DNA of 61,467 bases from Acidimicrobiales bacterium. GTDB lineage: Bacteria; Actinomycetota; Acidimicrobiia; Acidimicrobiales; CADCSY01. The number at the start of each line of letters is the position of its first letter. The first letter of the stretch is position 1. Of the stretch, positions 51,627 to 59,038 are shown piece after piece. A program made the translations under genes and the position numbers. Below the pieces are notes generated by a model. That model was not told where the DNA came from, did not search any database, and was given only the letters and a program-made list of their open reading frames with translations. The stretch spans positions 1 through 61,467 of the forward strand of contig DATMJI010000035.1 in the NCBI GenBank assembly GCA_035553895.1, given 5' to 3'.

Positions 51627-52145
51627 GTGCTGGCCCAGAACCTCTCCTTCGCCGTCCTGGCCACCGTGGCCACCGTCGCCGCCTTGCGGGTGGTGAGCAC
51701 GCGCAACGTGGTCCATGCGGCGCTGTACCTGGTGGTGGTGCTGGCCAGCGTGGGCGCCCTCTACGTGCTGTTGGCGGCCGAGTTCGTGGCTGCCGTGCAG
51801 ATCCTCATCTACATCGGGGCCATCGTCGTGCTGTTCCTCTTCGGGATCATGCTCACCCGACCCACGATCGGCAGCGAGCACGGTCTGGACAACGACCAGC
51901 GCTGGATGGCCGGGGTCACGGGCCTCTTGTTGTTGGGACTGCTCTCCTTCGTGCTGGTCGACGGCTTCGGGGACCGCCAGCTTCCCCGTCTCGACGGGAT
52001 GAGCCGGGAGGCCCTGACCGCCGAGCGGGGAACGGCGGCGGTGGCCGACTCCATCTTCTCCACCTACCTCGTCCCCTTCGAAGCCGTCTCCATCCTGTTG
52101 CTGGCCGCCCTCGTCGGGGCCATCGTGTTGGCCCGGCGCGACTGA
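51627..52145 (+). CDS. nuoJ: NADH-quinone oxidoreductase subunit J
   Basis: The GTG at 51627 gives [72 protein letters not shown]. Confidence 0.9.
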   Translation: MLAQNLSFAVLATVATVAALRVVSTRNVVHAALYLVVVLASVGALYVLLAAEFVAAVQILIYIGAIVVLFLFGIMLTRPTIGSEHGLDNDQRWMAGVTGLLLLGLLSFVLVDGFGDRQLPRLDGMSREALTAERGTAAVADSIFSTYLVPFEAVSILLLAALVGAIVLARRD

Positions 52146-52160
52146 TGGCTGGCACTGCCC

Positions 52161-52208
52161 TTCTGGCCCCACAAGTGGTCGCGATAGCGACCACTTGTGG
52201 GGCCAGAA
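52161..52208. repeat. Perfect 22-bp stem / 4-nt loop hairpin between nuoJ and nuoK
   Basis: ttctggccccacaagtggtcgc-gata-gcgaccacttgtggggccagaa. It is followed by GGGGGAGGG 6 nt upstream of the nuoK ATG. Confidence 0.9.
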
Positions 52209-52245
52209 CACCGGGGTGGGCCCGCCGCGGCGGGGGAGGGCATCC

Positions 52246-52554
52246 ATGCTGGTGAACCAGTTCCTGATCCTCGGTGCCGTGCTGTTCTGCATCGGGGTCT
52301 ACGGGGTGCTGGCTCGGCGCAACGGAGTGCTGGTGCTCATGTCCATCGAGCTCATCCTCAACGCCGTGAACATCAACCTCATCGCCCTGGGCGCCCTGCA
52401 GGGACCCGAGGCTGCCGTCACCGGGCAAGTCTTCTCCCTGTTCGTCATCACCATCGCCGCTGCCGAGGTGGGGGTGGGCCTGGCCATCGTGCTGCTCATC
52501 TACCGCAACCGGACCACCGTCGACCTCGACGAGGTCGACCTCATGAAGGGATAG
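52246..52554 (+). CDS. nuoK: NADH-quinone oxidoreductase subunit K
   Basis: Reads [47 protein letters not shown]...[22 protein letters not shown]. Confidence 0.95.
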   Translation: MLVNQFLILGAVLFCIGVYGVLARRNGVLVLMSIELILNAVNINLIALGALQGPEAAVTGQVFSLFVITIAAAEVGVGLAIVLLIYRNRTTVDLDEVDLMKG

Positions 52555-52566
52555 GGGAGCGCACCG

Positions 52567-54723
52567 GTGCTCGAGAACATCTGGGTGGTCCCTGGCCTCA
52601 CCTTCGCCTCCTTCTGGCTGATCCTGTTCTTCGGCAAGCGCCTGCCCAAGGGCGGTGCCGAGATCGGCATCGCTGCCGTGGGCCTGGCCTTCGTGCTCTC
52701 CAGCGTGGCGGTCGTCGAGTGGAACGACCGGCCGGCCACCGAGGAGGTCGAGGCGGTGAGCACCGGCGAGCACGGCGAAGCCGAGGCCCACGGCTCGGAG
52801 CCCGATGCCCACGAAGAGGCCGAAGACGAGCACTCCTTCGGCGAGGTGCGGGCGCTGGCGGTCGATCTGGCCGCCGCCGAGGCGGGTGAGGGGGAGGCCG
52901 GCGAGCACGAGGCCGAGCCCATCCGCAGCGCCGTGGAGCGCAACCTCACCTGGTTCTCCTTCGGCGGGGTGGACATCACCGTGGGCACCGCCGTCGACGG
53001 GCTGACGGTGATCCTGCTGTTCACCGTCACCCTGATCTCGCTTTTGGTGCACGTCTTTTCCACCAACTACATGCACGGTGACGTGCGCTTCACCTACTTC
53101 TTCGCCGCCCTGTCCCTCTTCACCACCGGGATGCTGCTGCTGGTGGTGTCGTCGAGCCTGCTCCAGGCCCTCTTCGGCTGGGAGCTGATGGGGTTGTGCA
53201 GCTTCATGCTGATCGGCCACTGGTGGGAGAAGAAGCCGAACTCCGACGCCGCCATGAAGGCGTTCCTCACCACTCGCACCGGTGACATCGGACTGCTCGT
53301 GGGCCTGGTCATCATGTTCTTCGCCGCCGGCCAGACCTTCGACATCGCCGCCGTCAACGAGGCCGCCCTCACCGGTGCCATGGGGGAGACCGTCCTGCTG
53401 GTGGGCGCCTCGGCCCTGTTCGTCGGGGTCATCGGCAAGTCGGCCCAGTTCCCCCTCCACACCTGGCTGCCCGACGCCATGGCCGGTCCCACCCCGGTGT
53501 CCGCCCTCATCCACGCCGCCACCATGGTGGTCGCCGGTGTCTACCTGGTGGCCCGGCTCTACGGGGTCTTCTGGTCGGCCTTCGACATCGAGGCGGGAGG
53601 GGTCAACCCCATCGCCGTCATCGGCGGGATCACCGTGCTGATCGCCGCCGCCCTGGCCTTCGTGCAGACCGACATCAAGAAGGTGCTGGCCTACTCCACC
53701 GTCAGCCAGCTGGGGTACATGGTCATGGCCCTCGGCGTGGGGGCCTGGACGGCGGCCATCTTCCATCTCTTCACCCATGCCTTCTTCAAGGGCCTGCTGT
53801 TCCTGGGTGCCGGCTCGGTGAGCCACGCCGTGCACAGTTTCGAGATGCGAGACGACATGGGGGGCCTACGCAAGTTCATGCCCACCACGTTCGTGACCTT
53901 CATGATCGGATCGCTGGCGCTCGCCGGAGTCTTCCCGCTGGCCGGATTCTGGTCCAAGGACGAGATCCTCCTGGGGGCGGCCGAGAACGGCTACCGCCTC
54001 TTCGAGGTGGTCGGGCTCATCGGCGCCTTCATGACCGCCGCCTACATGACCCGCTGCGTGTACCTCACCTTCTTCGGCAGCTACCGGGGGCACGGCCACC
54101 CCCACGAGTCGCCCCCACCCATCACCGTTCCCCTGATCATCCTGGCCGTCTTCTCGGTGGGCGCCGGCCTGCTCAACGCCCCGGGGTTCGAGAAGTTCTT
54201 CGAGTTGACCGAGAACCGGGTGTTCCTCCTGGCCGGGATCGAGCATCACAGCTTCGAGATCGTTCCCGCCGTGGTCTCGAGCGTGGTGGTGCTGGCTGCC
54301 CTCGCCCTGGGAGGCCTGCTGTTCTTCGCCGGCCGGCTGCCCCGGGGCGTGACCGCCCGCAGCCGGGCCGCCCGGGCCGGCTACCGGCTGCTGGCCAACA
54401 AGTACTACCTGGACCACCTCTACACCGGGGTGGTGGTGGGATCGATCAAGGGCCCCATCGCCCGGGCCGCCTACTGGGCCAACCAGAAGGTGATCGACGG
54501 GGTGGTCAACGGGGTGGGCGTGGCGTCCACGCGGGCCGGACTGTGGGTCTACCGCCACATCGACCAGCGGGTGGTCGACGGTGCCGTCAACGGTGCCGGC
54601 TTCGGGGCGGAGGGCTTCGGCGGGATTTTGCGCACCATCCAGACCGGGCGCGTCCAGCAGTACGGGGCCCTGCTCTTCGGAGCCACCGCCGTGCTTGCCC
54701 TCGGCCTCGTCATCTTCGTCTAG
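52567..54723 (+). CDS. nuoL: NADH-quinone oxidoreductase subunit L (copy 2, in operon) with a His/Glu/Asp-rich insert of about 70 aa
   Basis: Carries GWELMGLCSFMLIGHWW...KSAQFPLHTWLPDAMAGPTPVSALIHAATMVVAGVYL. The insert is EEVEAVSTGEHGEAEAHGSEPDAHEEAEDEH...GEGEAGEHEAEP, after the second TM helix. Confidence 0.9.
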   Translation: MLENIWVVPGLTFASFWLILFFGKRLPKGGAEIGIAAVGLAFVLSSVAVVEWNDRPATEEVEAVSTGEHGEAEAHGSEPDAHEEAEDEHSFGEVRALAVDLAAAEAGEGEAGEHEAEPIRSAVERNLTWFSFGGVDITVGTAVDGLTVILLFTVTLISLLVHVFSTNYMHGDVRFTYFFAALSLFTTGMLLLVVSSSLLQALFGWELMGLCSFMLIGHWWEKKPNSDAAMKAFLTTRTGDIGLLVGLVIMFFAAGQTFDIAAVNEAALTGAMGETVLLVGASALFVGVIGKSAQFPLHTWLPDAMAGPTPVSALIHAATMVVAGVYLVARLYGVFWSAFDIEAGGVNPIAVIGGITVLIAAALAFVQTDIKKVLAYSTVSQLGYMVMALGVGAWTAAIFHLFTHAFFKGLLFLGAGSVSHAVHSFEMRDDMGGLRKFMPTTFVTFMIGSLALAGVFPLAGFWSKDEILLGAAENGYRLFEVVGLIGAFMTAAYMTRCVYLTFFGSYRGHGHPHESPPPITVPLIILAVFSVGAGLLNAPGFEKFFELTENRVFLLAGIEHHSFEIVPAVVSSVVVLAALALGGLLFFAGRLPRGVTARSRAARAGYRLLANKYYLDHLYTGVVVGSIKGPIARAAYWANQKVIDGVVNGVGVASTRAGLWVYRHIDQRVVDGAVNGAGFGAEGFGGILRTIQTGRVQQYGALLFGATAVLALGLVIFV

Positions 54724-54751
54724 CCAGGAAAAAAGGAGACACACCGACCTC

Positions 54752-56281
54752 ATGGACGGCCTCGACGACATCGCCCTGACCGCTGCGGTCTTCCTGCCCC
54801 TGGTCGGCGTGTTGGCCATGATGTTCACGCCTCGCCAGCACGAGGCCGACCACAAGGTCATGGCGCTCATCGCCACGCTGGCCACATTCGGAGTGGGCGT
54901 CTACCTCCTGTTGCGCTTCGACTACGCCAGAGCCGACGCTCTGCAGTTCGACGTCGACGCCTCGTGGATCGAGGTCATCAACAGTCGCTACATCCTCGGC
55001 GTCGACGGCATCTCCCTGCCGCTGCTGGTGCTGTCGATGTTCGTCTGCGTGCTGGTCGTCGTCTACTCCTGGAACCACTTCCCGGAGCCGCACAACCCCA
55101 AGGCCTTCCTCATCTTGATCCTCATCCTCGAGACCGGGATGAACGGCACCTTCGTAGCCCAGGATCTCATCTTGTTCTTCGTGTTCTTCGAGGTCGTGCT
55201 CCTGCCCATGTACTTCATGATCGGCGTCTGGGGTGGCGAGCAGCGCCAGTACGCGGCCATCAAGTTCTTCCTCTTCACCCTCTTCGGCTCGGCACTGATG
55301 ATCCTCAGTTTCCTGGCCCTGTTCTTCCAGGGGGGCCAGACGTTCGCCATCGCCGAGCTGGTGGCGGTGGCCTCCGACAACATCCCCCGGTCCACCCAGA
55401 TCCTGATCTTCGGCGGGCTGTTCATGGGCTTCGCCATCAAGGTGCCGATGTTCCCCTTCCACACCTGGCTTCCCGACGCCCACACCCAGGCCCCGACCCA
55501 AGGATCGGTGATCCTGGCCGCCATCCTCCTCAAGCTGGGCACCTACGGCTTCGTGCGCATCGCCATTCCCATCCTGCCGGAGGCGGCCCAAGCCTGGGCC
55601 CCCTGGATCGGCGGCCTGGCGGTGATCGGCATCATCTACGGCGCCCTGGGCTGCCTGGCCCAGTCGGACATGAAGCGCCTCATCGCCTTCTCGTCGGTGG
55701 CCCACATGGGCTACGTCATGCTCGGCATCGCTACCCTCACCGACTTCGGCATCAACGCCGCCGTGTTCGGCATGGTGGCGCACGGCCTCATCACCGGGAT
55801 GTTGTTCTTCGTGGCCGGCTCGGTGAAGGACCGCTTCCACACCCTGGAGCTCTCCCGTCTCGGCGGCCTGCTCATCCAGTCGCCCCGGATGGGCTGGATC
55901 CTCGGGTTCTGTGCCATGGCCTCCCTCGGCCTGCCCGGCCTGGCCGGCTTCTGGGGGGAGTTCCCGGTCATCCTGGCCGCCTACAACCCGGCCGAGGGCC
56001 TGTCGGTCGGGCTGTTCCGCGGCTACATGGTGGTGGCGGCGGTGGGGACCGTCTTCGCCGCCGGCTACCTGCTGTGGATGTTCCAGCGAGCCGCCTTCGG
56101 TACCCCCAAAGAGGAGTTCGCCGACACCCCCATCCCGGGCATGCACTGGCCCGAGTACGTGGCCTGGACCCCGATGCTGGTGCTGATCGTGGTCCTCGGG
56201 CTGTTTCCCAACCTGCTCTTCGGGCTCACTGACGGCGCCGTGGGCACGGCGCTGGCCGCCTTCGGAGGGGGAGGGAACTAA
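54752..56281 (+). CDS. nuoM: NADH-quinone oxidoreductase subunit M (copy 2)
   Basis: An AAAAGGAGAC RBS precedes the ATG at 54752. Carries FFVFFEVVLLPMYFMIGVWGGEQRQYAAIKFFLFT...FAIKVPMFPFHTWLPDAHTQAPTQGSVILAAILLKLGTYG. Confidence 0.95.
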   Translation: MDGLDDIALTAAVFLPLVGVLAMMFTPRQHEADHKVMALIATLATFGVGVYLLLRFDYARADALQFDVDASWIEVINSRYILGVDGISLPLLVLSMFVCVLVVVYSWNHFPEPHNPKAFLILILILETGMNGTFVAQDLILFFVFFEVVLLPMYFMIGVWGGEQRQYAAIKFFLFTLFGSALMILSFLALFFQGGQTFAIAELVAVASDNIPRSTQILIFGGLFMGFAIKVPMFPFHTWLPDAHTQAPTQGSVILAAILLKLGTYGFVRIAIPILPEAAQAWAPWIGGLAVIGIIYGALGCLAQSDMKRLIAFSSVAHMGYVMLGIATLTDFGINAAVFGMVAHGLITGMLFFVAGSVKDRFHTLELSRLGGLLIQSPRMGWILGFCAMASLGLPGLAGFWGEFPVILAAYNPAEGLSVGLFRGYMVVAAVGTVFAAGYLLWMFQRAAFGTPKEEFADTPIPGMHWPEYVAWTPMLVLIVVLGLFPNLLFGLTDGAVGTALAAFGGGGN

Positions 56282-56283
56282 GC

Positions 56284-57780
56284 ATGCCCTTCGACTCTCC
56301 ATCGCTCGACTACCACGCCTTCGCCCCGGAGATCGTCCTCGTCGCCACCCTGGTCGTCCTGCTCTTCGTCGATCTGGTCTTCGAGGAGCGGGCCCGGTGG
56401 GCCACCTCCACCGTCGCCGGCGTGGGGCTGCTGGCCAGCGTGGTGCCCGTGCTCACCCTGGCCGTCGACGGGGCCGACCGCGGGCTCTTCGACGGCGCCT
56501 ACGTCGTCGACAATTTCGCCCTCGTGCTCAAGGCCCTGTTCCTGGCCGCGGGGTACGTGACCGTGCTCATCAGCACCGACTACATCGGCGACGGCGACTA
56601 CTACGAGGGCGAGTACTACTTCATGCTGGTGTCGTCGCTGCTGGGCATGACCTTGATGGCGTCGTCGCGCGACCTCATCAGCATCTTCGTCTCCCTCGAG
56701 CTCCTCTCCATCCCCGCCTACCTGCTGGCCGGCTGGCGCAAGCGGGACCTGCGGGGCAACGAGGCGTCGCTCAAGTACTACCTGCTCGGGGTCTTCGCCT
56801 CGGCGGTGATGCTCTACGGGATGTCGCTGGTCTTCGGGGTGACCGGGTCCACCGTGCTCGTCGAGATCGGTGACGTCCTGGCCGGTGGCATCGGCGCGGC
56901 ACCGCTGGTGACGGTGGGGATCGTCTTCATCGTCGTCGGCTTCGCCTTCAAGGTGTCGGCCGTCCCCTTCCACGCCTGGGCCCCCGACACCTACGAGGGG
57001 GCCCCGACCCCCATCACCGCCTTCCTGTCGGTTGCCTCCAAAGCGGCCGGCTTCGTCGCCCTGGTGCAGCTCGTCTTCATCGCCTTCCTCGGGCGCGACG
57101 ACGTGTGGGCCCCGATGTTCTGGCTGCTGGCCGCCGTCACCATGACGGTCGGCAACCTCATCGCCCTGCGCCAGACCAACGTGGTGCGCCTGCTCGCCTA
57201 CTCCTCGGTCGCCCAGGCCGGCTTCATGCTGGCGCCCTTCGCCGTGGCCGCAGACATCCCGGTCGATCGGGGCGGTGTCGCGGCCGCCACCGGCGCTGTG
57301 ATCACCTACCTGCTCATCTACGCCGCCATGAACCTGGGTGCCTTCGCCGTGGTCATGGCCGTGGCCCGCCGGACCCGCTCGGCCGAGCTCGGCTCGCTGG
57401 CCGGGCTGTTCTCCTACGCGCCCGGCCTGGCCGTGCTCATGTCCGTCTTCTTCTTCGCCCTGGCCGGCATCCCCCCGCTGGCTGGCTGGTACGCCAAGTT
57501 CGTGGTGTTCAAGGTCCTGCTCGACGCCGGCAACGCCGCCGCCGTCACCCTCGGGGTCATCGCCGCCGTCAACTCGGTGATCGCCCTGTTCTACTACGCC
57601 TCGGTGGCCCGGCACATGCTGCTCGACCCGGCCGCGGGCACGGACACCAGCCGGGTGCGCGTCCCCGCTTCGCTGGGAGCGGCCCTCGGCCTGTGCGCCC
57701 TGGCCACCCTGGCTTTCGGGGTCCTCCCCGGCCTCATCGCCGAGCTGGGCGACGTCGCCCTCTTCGGCCTCCTCCCCTGA
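56284..57780 (+). CDS. nuoN: NADH-quinone oxidoreductase subunit N (copy 2)
   Basis: Carries DLISIFVSLELLSIPAYLLAGW...ASLKYYLLGVFASAVMLYGMSLVFG...FKVSAVPFHAWAPDTYEGAPTPITAFL. Confidence 0.95.
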   Translation: MPFDSPSLDYHAFAPEIVLVATLVVLLFVDLVFEERARWATSTVAGVGLLASVVPVLTLAVDGADRGLFDGAYVVDNFALVLKALFLAAGYVTVLISTDYIGDGDYYEGEYYFMLVSSLLGMTLMASSRDLISIFVSLELLSIPAYLLAGWRKRDLRGNEASLKYYLLGVFASAVMLYGMSLVFGVTGSTVLVEIGDVLAGGIGAAPLVTVGIVFIVVGFAFKVSAVPFHAWAPDTYEGAPTPITAFLSVASKAAGFVALVQLVFIAFLGRDDVWAPMFWLLAAVTMTVGNLIALRQTNVVRLLAYSSVAQAGFMLAPFAVAADIPVDRGGVAAATGAVITYLLIYAAMNLGAFAVVMAVARRTRSAELGSLAGLFSYAPGLAVLMSVFFFALAGIPPLAGWYAKFVVFKVLLDAGNAAAVTLGVIAAVNSVIALFYYASVARHMLLDPAAGTDTSRVRVPASLGAALGLCALATLAFGVLPGLIAELGDVALFGLLP

Positions 57781-57817
57781 GCGACACCCCCGCCTCCCCC
57801 CTTTCGTTCTTTGTCGG

Positions 57818-59038
57818 ATGAGCAGTGCGACGCCCGAGCGAGCCGACAAGGAACGGGAGGGGGTGCCGGTCGACGAGTTCCTGGACGAGGCGCTGTACGG
57901 GCCGGCGGGCTTCTACACCAGGGGCGGCGGTGCCGGCCGCCGGGGTGACTTCCTAACCAGTCCCGAAATCGGCGGCCTGTTCGGCGCGGTAGTGGCCCGC
58001 GCCCTCGACGCCACCTGGGACGACCTGGGCCGTCCCGACCCCTTCACGGTGGTCGAAGCAGGAGCCGGGCGGGGGGCTTTGGCCCGGTCGGTCCTGGACA
58101 GCGCCCCGGCGTGCGCCGGGGCGCTGCGGTACTGGTGCGTCGAACGTTCGCCGGTGCTGCGCCGCCTGGCCGGGGAGGTGGCGGGCACCCGGGCCGCCGG
58201 CCGCTTCCCGGCCGGGCCCCTCACCGGCGTGGTGGTGGCCAACGAGCTGCTGGACAACCTGGGCTTCCGCCTCCTCGAACGCCGGCCCGGCGGCTGGGCC
58301 GAGGTGCTGGTCGCCGGAGGCGGCTCCGAGGTGGTGGTTCCGGCCCTGCCCGAGGCCGCCGAGCGGGCCGCGGTCCTGGCCCCCGAGGCCGACGCCGGGG
58401 CCCGGATCCCGCTCCAGGACCGGGCCGCCTCCTGGCTGGCCGCGGCCCTGGCCGCCCTCCAGCGGGGGAAGCTGGTGGTCGTGGACTACGCCGACGTGAC
58501 CCCCTCGCTGGCCCGGCGCCCGTGGCGGGACTGGGTGCGGACCTACCGGGGCCAGCAGCGGGGCGGCCACCCCTGGGCCGACCCGGGGAGCCACGACGTC
58601 ACCTGCGAGGTGGCGGTCGACCAGTTGGCCGCCGTGCGCCCACCGGACCGGGACCGCAGCCAGGCCGAGTGGCTGGCCGCCCACGGTGTGGACGACCTGG
58701 TGGCCGAGGCCCGGGCCACCTGGCACGAGCGGGCCCAGGTCGGCGACCTGGCCGCCCTGGCCGCCCGCAGCCGGGTGGGGGAGGCGGCCGCCCTCTGCGA
58801 CCCGGCCGGCCTGGGCGCCTTCCGCGTCCTCGAGTGGGACGTCCCCGCCCCGGCATCCCTGCGAACTGGTGGCAGAAGCGGGGCCGGTTCGGCCCCGCAT
58901 CTGCCACCAATTGGCCGAAGGGGGGAGGGAGCCACCGGGGCGGGCGCCCCGGCATCCCTGCGAACTGGTGGTAGAAGCGGGGCCGGTTCGGCCCCGCATC
59001 TACCACCAATTGGCCCGCGGGGGGAGGGAGCGAGGTGA
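57818..59038 (+). CDS. MidA/NDUFAF7-family (DUF185) SAM-dependent methyltransferase whose 3' end reads through two palindromic repeats
   Basis: Carries FLDEALYGPAGFYTRGGGAGRRGDFLTSPEIGGLFGAVVARAL...VVEAGAGRGALARSVL...VVANELLDNL. The last about 66 codons are the 99-bp tandem repeat and use rare codons. Confidence 0.75.
   Translation: MSSATPERADKEREGVPVDEFLDEALYGPAGFYTRGGGAGRRGDFLTSPEIGGLFGAVVARALDATWDDLGRPDPFTVVEAGAGRGALARSVLDSAPACAGALRYWCVERSPVLRRLAGEVAGTRAAGRFPAGPLTGVVVANELLDNLGFRLLERRPGGWAEVLVAGGGSEVVVPALPEAAERAAVLAPEADAGARIPLQDRAASWLAAALAALQRGKLVVVDYADVTPSLARRPWRDWVRTYRGQQRGGHPWADPGSHDVTCEVAVDQLAAVRPPDRDRSQAEWLAAHGVDDLVAEARATWHERAQVGDLAALAARSRVGEAAALCDPAGLGAFRVLEWDVPAPASLRTGGRSGAGSAPHLPPIGRRGEGATGAGAPASLRTGGRSGAGSAPHLPPIGPRGEGAR
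58847..59030. repeat. Tandem duplication (period 99 bp) of a palindromic element with an about 22-bp stem, subfamily 2
   Basis: Copy 1 starts at 58847 and copy 2 at 58946. The stems are 58867..58909 and 58966..59008. The copies differ by the paired change C58873/G58903 to T58972/A59002, plus gaa to cgc in the flank. Confidence 0.9.

Noticed and set aside
58847-59030. Whether the tandem palindromic repeats could be a CRISPR array or integron attC sites.
   Set aside because: There are only two units, directly adjacent, with no unique spacers. No cas gene, leader or integrase is in the window. The flanks do not match the attC RYYYAAC/GTTRRRY cores. A REP/MITE-like interpretation is more parsimonious.
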